Assembly: GCA_965247425.1 (NCBI GenBank)
Contig: OZ252023.1
Coordinates: 488,533 to 552,532 of the forward strand
Source: Terriglobia bacterium
GTDB lineage: Bacteria > Acidobacteriota > Terriglobia > 20CM-2-55-15
DNA: 64,000 nucleotides
Reading direction: 5' to 3'
Shown: piece by piece, positions 1 to 10,168 of the stretch
How positions within the stretch are numbered: position 1 is the first letter of the stretch
Layout of the letters: each line of letters starts with the position of its first letter
The notes under the pieces: generated by a model
What the model was told of the DNA's origin: nothing
Databases searched by the model: none
Seen by the model: only the letters and a program-made list of their open reading frames with translations
Translations under genes and position numbers: made by a program

Positions 1-49
1 TGCCGAGCGATAAGGCGTGGTGGTGACGAGATCTTCGGGCACTTTCGAT

Positions 50-98
50 AACGACGTTTGAAGGAAGGCGCTGGCGTTTGCGGCGAACGCGGTGGGCT
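50..98. repeat. Left arm of ~49 bp imperfect inverted repeat
   Basis: aacgacgtttgaaggaaggcgctggcg (50-76) matches the reverse complement of 2467-2493 (aacgacgtttgaacgaagccgctgtcg) with 3 mismatches; similarity continues to gtgggct. Confidence 0.85.
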
Positions 99-317
99 AT
101 GGAGAAAGTACGGGGTTGGGGGTTGAAGTTCTCACGAGTGAGACTCGACCAGCGAGTGTGGCCAGGCGGCGACAATGAATGTATGGCGGCCGATCGTCCG
201 TTTTGGAGAGTTCACCGAGCAGGTCCAGGCCCGATCGGTACGAACTTTTGACATCAAGGCGCACGTGGGCGTTGGCGTGCACCAGCACGTCTGGAAGGCA
301 TGGATTTGGAATCCCTG

Positions 318-1499
318 TTACGACGTGTCTAAAAAGCATTTCGAAGCGAATCTCCATGCGAGTTCGGTCGCAGTGAGCCTCTCGATAACGGTCATCGGGG
401 CATGACAGATTGGACACAGCCAGGCGGAGCTGGTTGACGGGACTTCCTCAGGAGGAGGGACCGGCGCCATTCCCAATAACCGATGACAAAGTTCCATGGA
501 TACGGATCGTTGGGAGTTCGCCATGAAACCGAAGTGCCGGATGCGGACAAAGCCTTTCGGCAGTACGTGGAGCAGGAATCGGCGGATGAACTCGGCGGCG
601 GAAACCGTCATCGTCCTTGCTTTGTTACCGCGAGAGTAATCCCGCCAACGGAATGTGACATGGCTGCCGTCGAAGGAAAGCAATCGATGATTGGAGATGG
701 CGACGCGGTGTGTGTAGCGTCCGAGGTATCGAAGAACCTGTTCGGGGCCGCCGAATGCCGGCTTCGCATAGACGACCCAATCTTGGCGGAATAACGGTCG
801 CAAGAAAGCCGCAAAGTGCTTCGGTTCGGAAAGGTGCTGGATCTGTCCGGCGAAGGTCAGGCTCTTCTTGCGAAAAGCCTTCTGCAATCCGTCAACGAAC
901 TTGCCGCGGAATAGTTTTCCCAGAACCTTCACAGGTAGGAAGAACGGGTATCGCGGATGAATCCAACGCGCACGGCCCGGTGCGATTCCTCCGGCGGGAA
1001 TGACGCAGTGGATGTGAGGATGAAACAGCACGTTCTGACCCCACGTGTGCAGGATGAGGAAGAAGCCGATTCTCGCGCCAAGATGTTTGGGATTTCGAGC
1101 GACCTCCAGAAGAGTCTCGGCCACAGTGCGGAACAGCAGGTTGTAGAGCTCGACCTGGTTCTGTCGGACGAGCGAATGCAATTGGTGCGGCAGGGTGAAC
1201 ACGACATGGAAGTATCGTGTTGCCAGAAGCTCTCGTTCTCTGGCCGCGATCCAACGCTGACGCGCCTGAGCCTGGCATTTGGGACAATGGCGATTACGGC
1301 ATGAGTTATAGGAGAGGACCCGATCGCCACCACATCGTGAGCAGGCATCGATATGACCGCCGAGAGCCGCTGTGCGGCAATGCTGGATGGCGTGCATCAC
1401 CTTGAGCTGCTGGAAATGGATTCGTTTTCGATGGCGGTCGATAAAGTCGTTGCCCGCGGCGCGAAGGATGTCGGCCACCTCCACGGTGGGCCGGGTCAT
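318..1499 (-). CDS. IS91-family rolling-circle (HUH/Y2) transposase
   Basis: Zn-binding C..C...SCRNRHCPKC, HVVFTLP, HPHIH (HUH), YLGRY (YxxxY), LPKGFVRIRHFG. Confidence 0.95.
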   Translation of the reverse strand: MTRPTVEVADILRAAGNDFIDRHRKRIHFQQLKVMHAIQHCRTAALGGHIDACSRCGGDRVLSYNSCRNRHCPKCQAQARQRWIAARERELLATRYFHVVFTLPHQLHSLVRQNQVELYNLLFRTVAETLLEVARNPKHLGARIGFFLILHTWGQNVLFHPHIHCVIPAGGIAPGRARWIHPRYPFFLPVKVLGKLFRGKFVDGLQKAFRKKSLTFAGQIQHLSEPKHFAAFLRPLFRQDWVVYAKPAFGGPEQVLRYLGRYTHRVAISNHRLLSFDGSHVTFRWRDYSRGNKARTMTVSAAEFIRRFLLHVLPKGFVRIRHFGFMANSQRSVSMELCHRLLGMAPVPPPEEVPSTSSAWLCPICHAPMTVIERLTATELAWRFASKCFLDTS

Positions 1500-2392
1500 T
1501 GTTTCTGCTTCCTTCTTTTGGACCGCTTCACCGCATCGAGGCTGGAAACCGCCATGGTCTCCACCGGATTGGTGACCGCCTGCAGGTGACGTCGAGACAG
1601 GTGCAGATAGACGCTGGTGGCTCGCAGGTCCGCGTGACCCATTAACATCTGAATGGTGCGGAGATCGGTGCCATTTTCAAGTAGGTGAGTGGCCCAGCTG
1701 TGACGCAGCGTGTGCGGGGATACGCGTTTCTTGATTCCGGCACGTTTCGCCGCATCGTGTACGGCGGACCACACGCACTTGGGGGTGAGGGGTTTGTCGG
1801 CGCGCCAGTTGTTCACCATGCCCGGAAACAAATAGGTCTTGGGCTTCATCCAACACCAGTATTCTCGTAGCGTCTGCAAGAGCTTTGGTGTCAATGGCAC
1901 GTCGCGATCACGATGACCCTTGCCCTGACGGATGTGGATGATCATGCGCTCGCTATCAACATCCTCGGCCTTCAACCGGATCAACTCGGCTCGGCGCATC
2001 CCGGTGGCGTACAAGGTCATGAGCATCGCGTAATCCAGCAAATTCTTTGCCGAGTCGATCAGTCGTGCGACCTCGTCCTGGCTCAAAACCGTCGGCAATC
2101 GTTTCGGGGTTCTGGGATATGGGAGATCCAGCTTCAGGTATGGACGCCGCAGCGTCTTTACAAAAAAGAACCGCAAGGCGGCAATGTACAAGCCGACAGT
2201 CTTGGCCGCGAGCTTTCGCTCCCGGATCAGATGTAGGTGATACTGCCGCAGGTCTTCCTGACTGAGACGATCGGGGCGCGTGCCAAAATAGCCCGCGAAG
2301 TCTTCAACGACTCGCAGGTAACTTCGGATGGTGATCGGAGAGAAATTACGACGCTGGAGTTCCTCCAGCATCCGTTTACGCAGGTCCGTCAT
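1496..2392 (-). CDS. Tyrosine recombinase/integrase
   Basis: YATGMR, GKG.RDR, HTLRHSWATHLLE, MGH, TSVY catalytic motifs; ATG at 2392 preceded by AAGGAGG; 4-bp overlap with the transposase. Confidence 0.95.
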   Translation of the reverse strand: MTDLRKRMLEELQRRNFSPITIRSYLRVVEDFAGYFGTRPDRLSQEDLRQYHLHLIRERKLAAKTVGLYIAALRFFFVKTLRRPYLKLDLPYPRTPKRLPTVLSQDEVARLIDSAKNLLDYAMLMTLYATGMRRAELIRLKAEDVDSERMIIHIRQGKGHRDRDVPLTPKLLQTLREYWCWMKPKTYLFPGMVNNWRADKPLTPKCVWSAVHDAAKRAGIKKRVSPHTLRHSWATHLLENGTDLRTIQMLMGHADLRATSVYLHLSRRHLQAVTNPVETMAVSSLDAVKRSKRRKQKQ

Positions 2393-2444
2393 GTAGGCCT
2401 CCTTTGAAGCCCACACTCTACAGTTTGCTTAGCACCGTTCGCTC

Positions 2445-2493
2445 AGCCCACGCGTAGCGTCCGCCGCGACAGCGGCTTCGTTCAAACGTCGTT
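2445..2493. repeat. Right arm of imperfect inverted repeat; junction with adhesin gene
   Basis: agcccacgcgt...cagcggcttcgttcaaacgtcgtt is the inverted counterpart of 50-98. Confidence 0.85.
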
Positions 2494-3165
2494 GGAACGA
2501 CTGCCGGCTCCACCTTCCCAGCCACCGCAGGCGCGTTCGGGACCCAGACGTCGGGCGGCCGGGATGCGTTTCTGGCCAAGATTGGTGCGATCAACAGCTC
2601 GCCGGCGGCCACCGACGACGCCTACGAGGTGGATGAAGACAACAGCTTGACCATAGCGACCCCGGGAATTTTGACGAACGACACCGACGACGACGGCGAT
2701 CCGCTCACCGCGGTTCTAGTGACCAATGTGGTGCGGGGCTCGTTGACTCTGAATGCGAACGGATCCTTTACGTATGATCCCGATCCCAATTTCAACGGAG
2801 CGGACGCCTTCACCTACAAGGCAAACGACGGTACCGCAGACAGCAATGTCGCAACGGTTACGATTACGGTGCGACCCGTCAACGATGCCCCCGTGGCTTT
2901 CGATGAAGCGTACACGGTGAACGAGGATGAAGTCCTTGATGTCGCTGTGCCGGGCGTTCTCGCGAACGACACGGACGCCGACCTCGATGCGTTGACTGCC
3001 GTCCTGGCGACCGCCGTCGTCAACGGCACGCTGACTCTGGACGCAGACGGTTCGTTCAGGTACACACCAGACCCTGATTTCTCCGGCGCCGACACCTTCT
3101 CCTACGTGGCCAACGATGGCACAGCCAACAGCGCTTCTGCCACGGTTACGCTCACGGTCGTTCCT

Positions 3166-4049
3166 GTCAACGATCCACCCGTGGGCGTCGACGACGCGTA
3201 CGCGGTCGACGAGGATCAGTCGCTTACGATCGCAGCCCCAGGGTTGTTGGACAACGATACAGATGTGGATGGGGATACCCTGGCTTCGGGCCTGGCGGCT
3301 AATCCGACGAACGGCACGCTCGATCAGCCCGGCGACGGCTCGTTCACATACACGCCGGATCCAGACTTCAACGGCACTGACACATTCCAGTACATTCCGA
3401 GAGACGGTACCGTCGACGGCAACGTCACCACGGTCACGATAACGGTCCGGCCTATCAACGATCCACCGGTCGCCGCGGACGACGCTTATGCCGTGGACGA
3501 GGACGGCACCCTGATTGTCGAGGATGTCCCGGGCGAAGACATACTCGAAAACGATACCGATGTGGAAGGCGATCCCTTGACGGCTACCCTGGTCACATCG
3601 ACGGTGAGCGGTTCGTTGAACCTGAACGCCAACGGCAGTTTCACCTACTCACCGGATCCCGATTTTAACGGCATCGACACGTTCACTTACGTCGCCAACG
3701 ACGGCACCGACAACAGCAACGTCGCCACAGTCACCATTACGATCAACCCGGTCAACGATCCACCCGTGGGCGTCGACGACGCGTACGCGATCGACGAGGA
3801 TCAGTCGCTTACGATCGCAGCCCCAGGGTTGTTGGACAACGATACAGATGTGGATGGGGATACCCTGGCTTCGGGCCTGGCGGCTAATCCGACGAACGGC
3901 ACGCTCGATCAGCCCGGCGACGGCTCGTTCACATACACGCCGGATCCAGACTTCAACGGCACTGACACATTCCAATACATTCCGAGAGACGGTACCGTCG
4001 ATGGCAACGTCACCACGGTCACGATAACGGTCCGGCCTATCAACGATCC
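3166..4049 (+). repeat. Near-identical ~299 bp direct duplication (3166-3464 and 3751-4049) in the adhesin
   Basis: Both copies start gtcaacgatccacccgtgggcgtcgacgac and end cctatcaacgatcc, 585 bp apart. Confidence 0.9.
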
Positions 4050-4906
4050 TCCAAGAACCGTCGACGACATTGCCTTGACGCTGGAGGATTCGCCCACAAC
4101 GATCGACGTCCTGACCAACGACAGCGATCCTGACGGCGATCCGCTGACCGTATTCGCCGTCTCGGTTCCACCCAACGGAACGGTCGTGATCAACCCCGAC
4201 CGCACGGTGACCTACACACCGAATCCCAACTTCGACGGTGCGGATTCCTTCACATACGAGGTCGACGACGGTCAGGGTGGACGCTCCACCGGAAGCGTCG
4301 ACGTCACTGTGACGCCCGTGAACGATCCCCCGATCGCAGTTGACGACAATGCGTCCACACCAGAGGACACTTCCGTCACGATCGAAGTTCTCCTCAACGA
4401 CAGTGACCCGGACGGCGATGCCCTGACGATTACCTCCGTCTCGGCTGCACCGAACGGCGCTGCAGTCATTAACGTGGGAACTGTGATCTATACCCCCAAT
4501 CCCGATTTCAACGGTGCAGACACGTTCACCTACACGATCAGCGACGGTCAGGCATCGGCCACTGCAACCGTCACGGTCGATGTGACGCCGGTCAATGACA
4601 CGCCCGTCGCCCTCGACGACGCTTACTCGGTGAACGAAGATGCGACTCTCAACGTATCGGTTCCCGGTGTCCTGACGAATGATTCCGATGTGGACGGCGA
4701 CGCGTTGACTGCGATCCTGGCCACCGACGTCACCAACGGAACCTTGGCTCTCGCCCCCGACGGTTCGTTCTCTTACACGCCCGATCCGAACTTCGCCGGC
4801 GTCGACGCCTTCTCCTACGTCGCCAACGACGGGACCGACAACAGTAATCCCGCAACGGTTACCATCGACGTCCTACCCATCAACGATCCGCCGATCCTCA
4901 ACCCAG

Positions 4907-6789
4907 ACTCGGCCACAACCGACGAGGATCGGCCAGCGACCCTCGACATTCTGCTGAACGACGTCGATCCTGATGGCGACCCGCTGGATGTCGATCAGTG
5001 TAGTGCCCCCCTCAACGGCAGGATCACGATCAACCCCGACCGAACCATCACTTACACTCCGGATCCTGACTTCAACGGTGAGGATGGCGCCCAGTGTATG
5101 GTCGAGGACGGTCAGGGTGGTTCGGCCACTTCTCTGGTGACCTTCATTGTCACGCCCGTGAACGACCCGCCCGTGGCAGTCGATGACAATTACACCGTCA
5201 ACGAGGATCAGACACTGACGATCCCGGCTCCTGGCGTGCTGGGTAACGATAGCGACGTGGATGGAGACTCCCTGACGGCGGCCGTGCTCAGCTCTACGCC
5301 GCTTGGCGCCTCACTCACTCTCAATTCCGATGGTTCGTTCGTCTACACGCCTCCGACGAATTTCAACGGTAGCCACAGCTTCACCTACATCGCCAGAGAC
5401 GGGATCGCCGACAGCAACAACGCGACATTCACCATCAACGTCATCCCCGTCAACGATCGACCCGTGCCAACCGATGACTCCGCCACAACTGACGAGGATC
5501 GGCCAGTGACCGTCGACATTCTGTTGAACGACGTCGATCCTGACGGCGACCCGCTCAACGTCACCGAGTGCAATCTGCCTCTCCACGGCAGGATCACGAT
5601 CAACCCCGACCGAACCATCACTTACACTCCGGATCCGGACTTCAACGGTGAGGATGGCGCCGAGTGTATGGTCGAGGACGGTCAGGGTGGTTCGGCCACT
5701 TCTCTGGTGACCTTCATTGTCACGCCTGTGAACGACCCGCCCGCGGCAGTCGATGACAATTACACCGTCAACGAGGATCAGACACTGACGATCCCGGCTC
5801 CTGGCGTGCTGGGTAACGATAGCGACGTGGATGGAGACTCCCTGACGGCGGCCGTGCTCAGCTCTACGCCGCTTGGCGCCTCACTCACTCTCAATTCCGA
5901 TGGTTCGTTCGTCTACACGCCTCCGACGGATTTCAACGGCAGCCACAGCTTCACCTACATCGCCAGAGACGGGATCGCCGACAGCAACAACGCGACATTC
6001 ACCATCAACGTCATCCCCGTCAACGATCGACCCGTGCCAACCGATGACTCCGCCACAACTGACGAGGATCGGCCAGTGACCGTCGACATTCTGTTGAACG
6101 ACGTCGATCCTGACGGCGACCCGCTCAACGTCACCGAGTGCAATCTGCCTCTCCACGGCAGGATCACGATCAACCCCGACCGAACCATCACTTACACTCC
6201 GGATCCGGACTTCAACGGTGAGGATGGCGCCGAGTGTATGGTCGAGGACGGTCAGGGTGGTTCGGCCACTTCTCTGGTGACCTTCATTGTCACGCCCGTG
6301 AACGACCCGCCCGTGGCAGTCGATGACAATTACACCGTCAACGAGGATCAGACACTGACGATCCCGGCTCCTGGCGTGCTGGGTAACGATAGCGACGTGG
6401 ATGGAGACTCCCTGACGGCGGCCGTGCTCAGCTCTACGCCGCTTGGCGCCTCACTCACTCTCAATTCCGATGGTTCGTTCGTCTACACGCCTCCGACGAA
6501 TTTCAACGGCAGCCACAGCTTCACCTACATCGCCAGAGACGGAATCGCCGACAGCAACAACGCGACATTCACCATCAACGTCATCCCCGTCAACGATCGA
6601 CCCGTGCCAACCGATGACTCCGCCACAACCGACGAGGATCGGCCAGTGACAGTCGACATTCTGTTGAACGACGTCGATCCTGATGGCGACCCGCTGGATG
6701 TCGATCAGTGTAGTGCCCCCATCAACGGCAGGATCACGATCAACCCCGACCGAACCATCACTTACACCCCGGATCCTGACTTCAACGGT
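4907..6789 (+). repeat. 570-bp tandem repeat, ~3.3 near-identical units (190 aa, two Ig domains each)
   Basis: Shadow ORFs recur at 5303/5873/6443; gacgaggatcggccag at 4921/5491/6061/6631. Confidence 0.92.
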
Positions 6790-9660
6790 AGTGACACCGC
6801 AGACTGCACGGTCATCGACGACCAGGGCGGTTCCGCCACGGCGCTGGTCACCTTCACAGTGACGCCGGTCAACGATCCTCCGGCGGGCGTGCCTGACAGC
6901 TACATCGTCGATGAAGACCAGGCGTTGACCGTTCCCGCTTCCGGTGGCGTCCTGGCCAACGACACCGATGTGGAAGGGGATCCCCTGACGGCCACTCTTG
7001 CGACAAGTGTCGGAAGCGGCACCCTTACCCTGAATGCCGACGGATCGTTCACCTACACCCCGAACCCCGATTTCAACGGCTCCGATACCTTCACCTACGT
7101 TCCCAACGACGGAGCCGTCGACGGGAACATCACCACTGTCACGATTCGCGTCAATCCGGTCAACGATCCCCCGGTCGCAACTGATGACAACGCTTCTACG
7201 GCAGAGGACACTTCCGTCACAATCGACGTGCTGGGAAACGACAGCAATTCTGATGATGATCCCCTGACCATCACCTCGGTCTCGGCTCCTGCCCACGGTA
7301 CCGCCGTAATCCAGGGGACCGGCATTTCTTACACGCCGGATCCCGATTTCAATGGTCAGGACACGTTCTCCTACACGATCAGCGATGGACAGGCATCGGC
7401 GACAGGAAACGTCACGATCGATGTGGCTCCGATCAATGACGCACCCGTCGCCCTCGACGATCCGGCCACCACAGCCGAGGACACGTCGGTGACCATCGAA
7501 GTCCTGATCAACGACAGCGATCCGGAAAACGATCCCATTACTCTGGATTCGGCTTCGAATCCGTCGAATGGAACGGCCTCGATCAATCCCAACGGGACGA
7601 TCCTCTATGCACCGGGTCCGAACTTCCACGGCACGGACAGCTTCGTCTACACGATCAGCGATCCCCAGGGAGAATCCGCCACGGCCACGGTTAATATGAT
7701 CGTCACGCCCGTGAACGACCCGCCGGTCGCCAGCGACGATACGGCAACGACGACCGCGGGTACGGCCGTTGTCATCAACGTCCTCGGCAACGACTCGGAT
7801 GTCGATGGGGACACCTTGAGTATCACGGTCGTTACGGATCCCCCGTCCGGATCGGCAAGCGTCAATACAGACCGCACCGTCACTTACAATCCCGACTCCG
7901 GCTTCACTGGCACCGATGCTTTCTCCTACACCGCTGCCGATGGAAACGGTCTAACTGCGTCTGCAAACGTGACGGTTACGGTCAACGCCGACGGTATCGC
8001 GGTGTCGATCGACATTCGCCCCGGCAACCCGAACAATCGGATCAACCTCCAGTCGAACGGAGTGTTGCCTGTCGCAGTCTTCAGCACCTCCGAATTCGAT
8101 GCAACCACGATCGATCCCGCGACCGTGACGCTGGCGGGAGCGCCGATCAGGGTCCGCGGGAACGGAAGACGACTCGTGCTGCGGATCGACCTCAACAGGG
8201 ACCGCGTCCGCGACCTGCTCACTTTCTTCTCGATACAGGAGCTCGAGCTGACGGTCGCGGATCAGACCGCCGTACTGCGGGGACGAACCACCGATGGAAC
8301 GCGGATCCGCGGTGAAGACTCGGTCCAGGTTTCCGACGGACGGGTTCAGCTCAGGAACACCGTCGTATTCCCGTCACTGCAGTATTCCACGCTGCAGGAT
8401 GCCGTCGATGCGGTCCGGGAAAATGGGACAGTTCGAGTCCTGGCCGGTCGTCATCAAATACATGCACCCGTTTTCATCGAGAGGAACGTGACCATTCTGG
8501 GAGCCGGGTGCGGCGAGTGTCAACAGCCTCGCAATGGGGGCGGTAGCGGTGGTCGACCCGGTAGGAGGAGTACGGAACTTGTAGGACCGACACCAACTAC
8601 CGTCGTTGAAGCGGACCTTGTGATCGGCTTGCTCAACTATACGGGCGGGGCCGGTGGCGGCGGGGTTGGGGAACGCGGTGGTGGTGGTGGCGGAAAGGTC
8701 CGGGACATCATGCTGCGCGGCTTCGATGCCGGCATCGTTGGTCGCGATACCAGACGTCCGCTGTCGATAGAAAACGTCTTCATGGCGGACACGACGCGCG
8801 GCATACTATGGATGGCCCCATCCCCGCTCGCTGTAAATCAAGTGAAGATCAGCGATGTCAGCTGGAATGCCATCTCTCTTGTCGGCGACTCACAATCGAG
8901 CCTACCCTACTCGCTGACCAACCTCATCCTGGACGACATCGGAAACGCCGGCATCTACGTTGTCGACAAGCCTGGCACATGCGACTCGGAACACGCGATA
9001 AAGAACGCAAACATTCAGTCGACGAAATTCGGTGGCATCATCGTCATACGGAGCGGACTCTGCATTCTGGATTCGACAATCCGGTTCAACTTCTTTACTG
9101 GAATCCGAGCGATTGATTCCGCAGTATTTGTGAAAGACACGCTGGTCAGTAATTCCCTGCCGCGAGTCTCCGATAACGCCTACGGCGATGGCATTTTGGT
9201 CATCAGCACCAAAGAACCGCGGTCGACGCTCGCCGTGGTGGACTCCGAAGTCAGACTGAGCTCACGGGCCGGCGTGACAGTCTTCGGCAGCGTGGCCACG
9301 CTCAAAGGATTTGTCGGCGAATGCAATTCATTGGACATCAACAGCGAATCGATATTTCTCGTTGCATCTCCAGACGACCCGGACCAGGAAATCTCACTTG
9401 TCGCCACAGTCGATGATCAGGGCGGCAACATTTGTGGATGCGGGGCAGCCGATCCTCCAACAGGTTGCGTGGCTGTGAGCTCCCAGTTGACGCCGCCGCT
9501 CGCACTCGGCAACCAGCCATGACCGGAACAGAGCTGCTTGCGAAAAAAGGTAAGAGCGGAGCGGATCGGCGGAATAAGCAGGGTCCGACGTCTATGGAGG
9601 CGCGGACAGTGTCGTCGTACGGGCGTTATGTCAACCCGCGCGCGGCCGCAGGCCGTCGGG

Positions 9661-9825
9661 CGGTTGCATCACGCGCTCTCCGGGCCGGGTCGATAACAGA
9701 ATCCTGAGGCTCTCGCTGATATCTTGTTCGGCCACCATCTTCACGCCAAACGCACAGGCGCGCTTCTGGAACTCGGGCGGAAAGCCTCAGCCGATGCCCA
9801 GAAACGCTTTATCCATATCGACCAT
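9661..9825 (-). pseudogene. GPW/gp25 baseplate protein remnant (Afp9-like)
   Basis: Manual translation MVDMDKAFLGIG*GFPPEF...VKMVAEQDISESLRILLSTRPGERVMQP; TGA where Trp is expected, truncated after ERVMQP. Confidence 0.85.
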
Positions 9826-9831
9826 GCCGCA

Positions 9832-10131
9832 CTACCCGCCGATCAACACGGTAGGCGCGCCGACTACGATGCTGCCGCCATGTGCGGTTGTATCGCCCAT
9901 CCTGGCCGCTGGCTTTCCGCCGATCATCACCGTGGCCGAACCTTTGGCGATGGTATCGGGCGGTCCGACGCATACACAGCTATCACCAACCACCGCGGCG
10001 GGCATCTTGACGATCAAAACGGTCGACACCCCGGGTCCTACGACCGGCCCTCCGCCATGCGGGATTGGCGGTATCGCAGGCGTTTGCATCGGACAGGCAT
10101 GCATATCGGTCAACCTGGCTGCTGGTGGCAT
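9832..10131 (-). CDS. PAAR spike-tip protein
   Basis: MPPAARLTDMHACP...PAAVVGD...KPAARMGDTTAHGG. Confidence 0.95.
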   Translation of the reverse strand: MPPAARLTDMHACPMQTPAIPPIPHGGGPVVGPGVSTVLIVKMPAAVVGDSCVCVGPPDTIAKGSATVMIGGKPAARMGDTTAHGGSIVVGAPTVLIGG

Positions 10132-10168
10132 CTTTTTTTTCCTGTATCTAGCTATTCGCGCTTCGCTG

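Larger units (their letters stand above)
50..2493 (-). mobile_element. IS91-family element carrying a tyrosine recombinase (may extend left of base 50)
   Basis: Overlapping integrase + Y2 transposase genes between imperfect inverted repeats at 50-98 and 2445-2493; a truncated host gene resumes at the right boundary. Confidence 0.8.
2488..9522 (+). pseudogene. Giant Ig/cadherin-like (tandem-95/Big_9-type) repeat surface protein, 5'-truncated by the IS91-type element; C-terminal beta-helix-like region
   Basis: Many ~95-aa repeats (PVNDPPVAVDD.Y...ED...VL.ND.D.DGD.L...DGSFTYTP.PDFNG.D.F.Y). The frame stays open upstream of 2629 as VVGTTAGSTFPATAGAFGTQTSGGRDAFLAKI (SBBP propeller-like); no signal peptide or native start. 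Confidence 0.85.

Noticed and set aside
1496-2392. Integron integrase or prophage integrase
   Set aside because: No integron-specific insertion, attC cassettes or phage genes; coupled to an IS91-type transposase
3166-6789. CRISPR array or DGR template/variable repeat
   Set aside because: Repeats are in-frame coding units without spacers; differences are not adenine-specific; no cas or reverse transcriptase gene in the window
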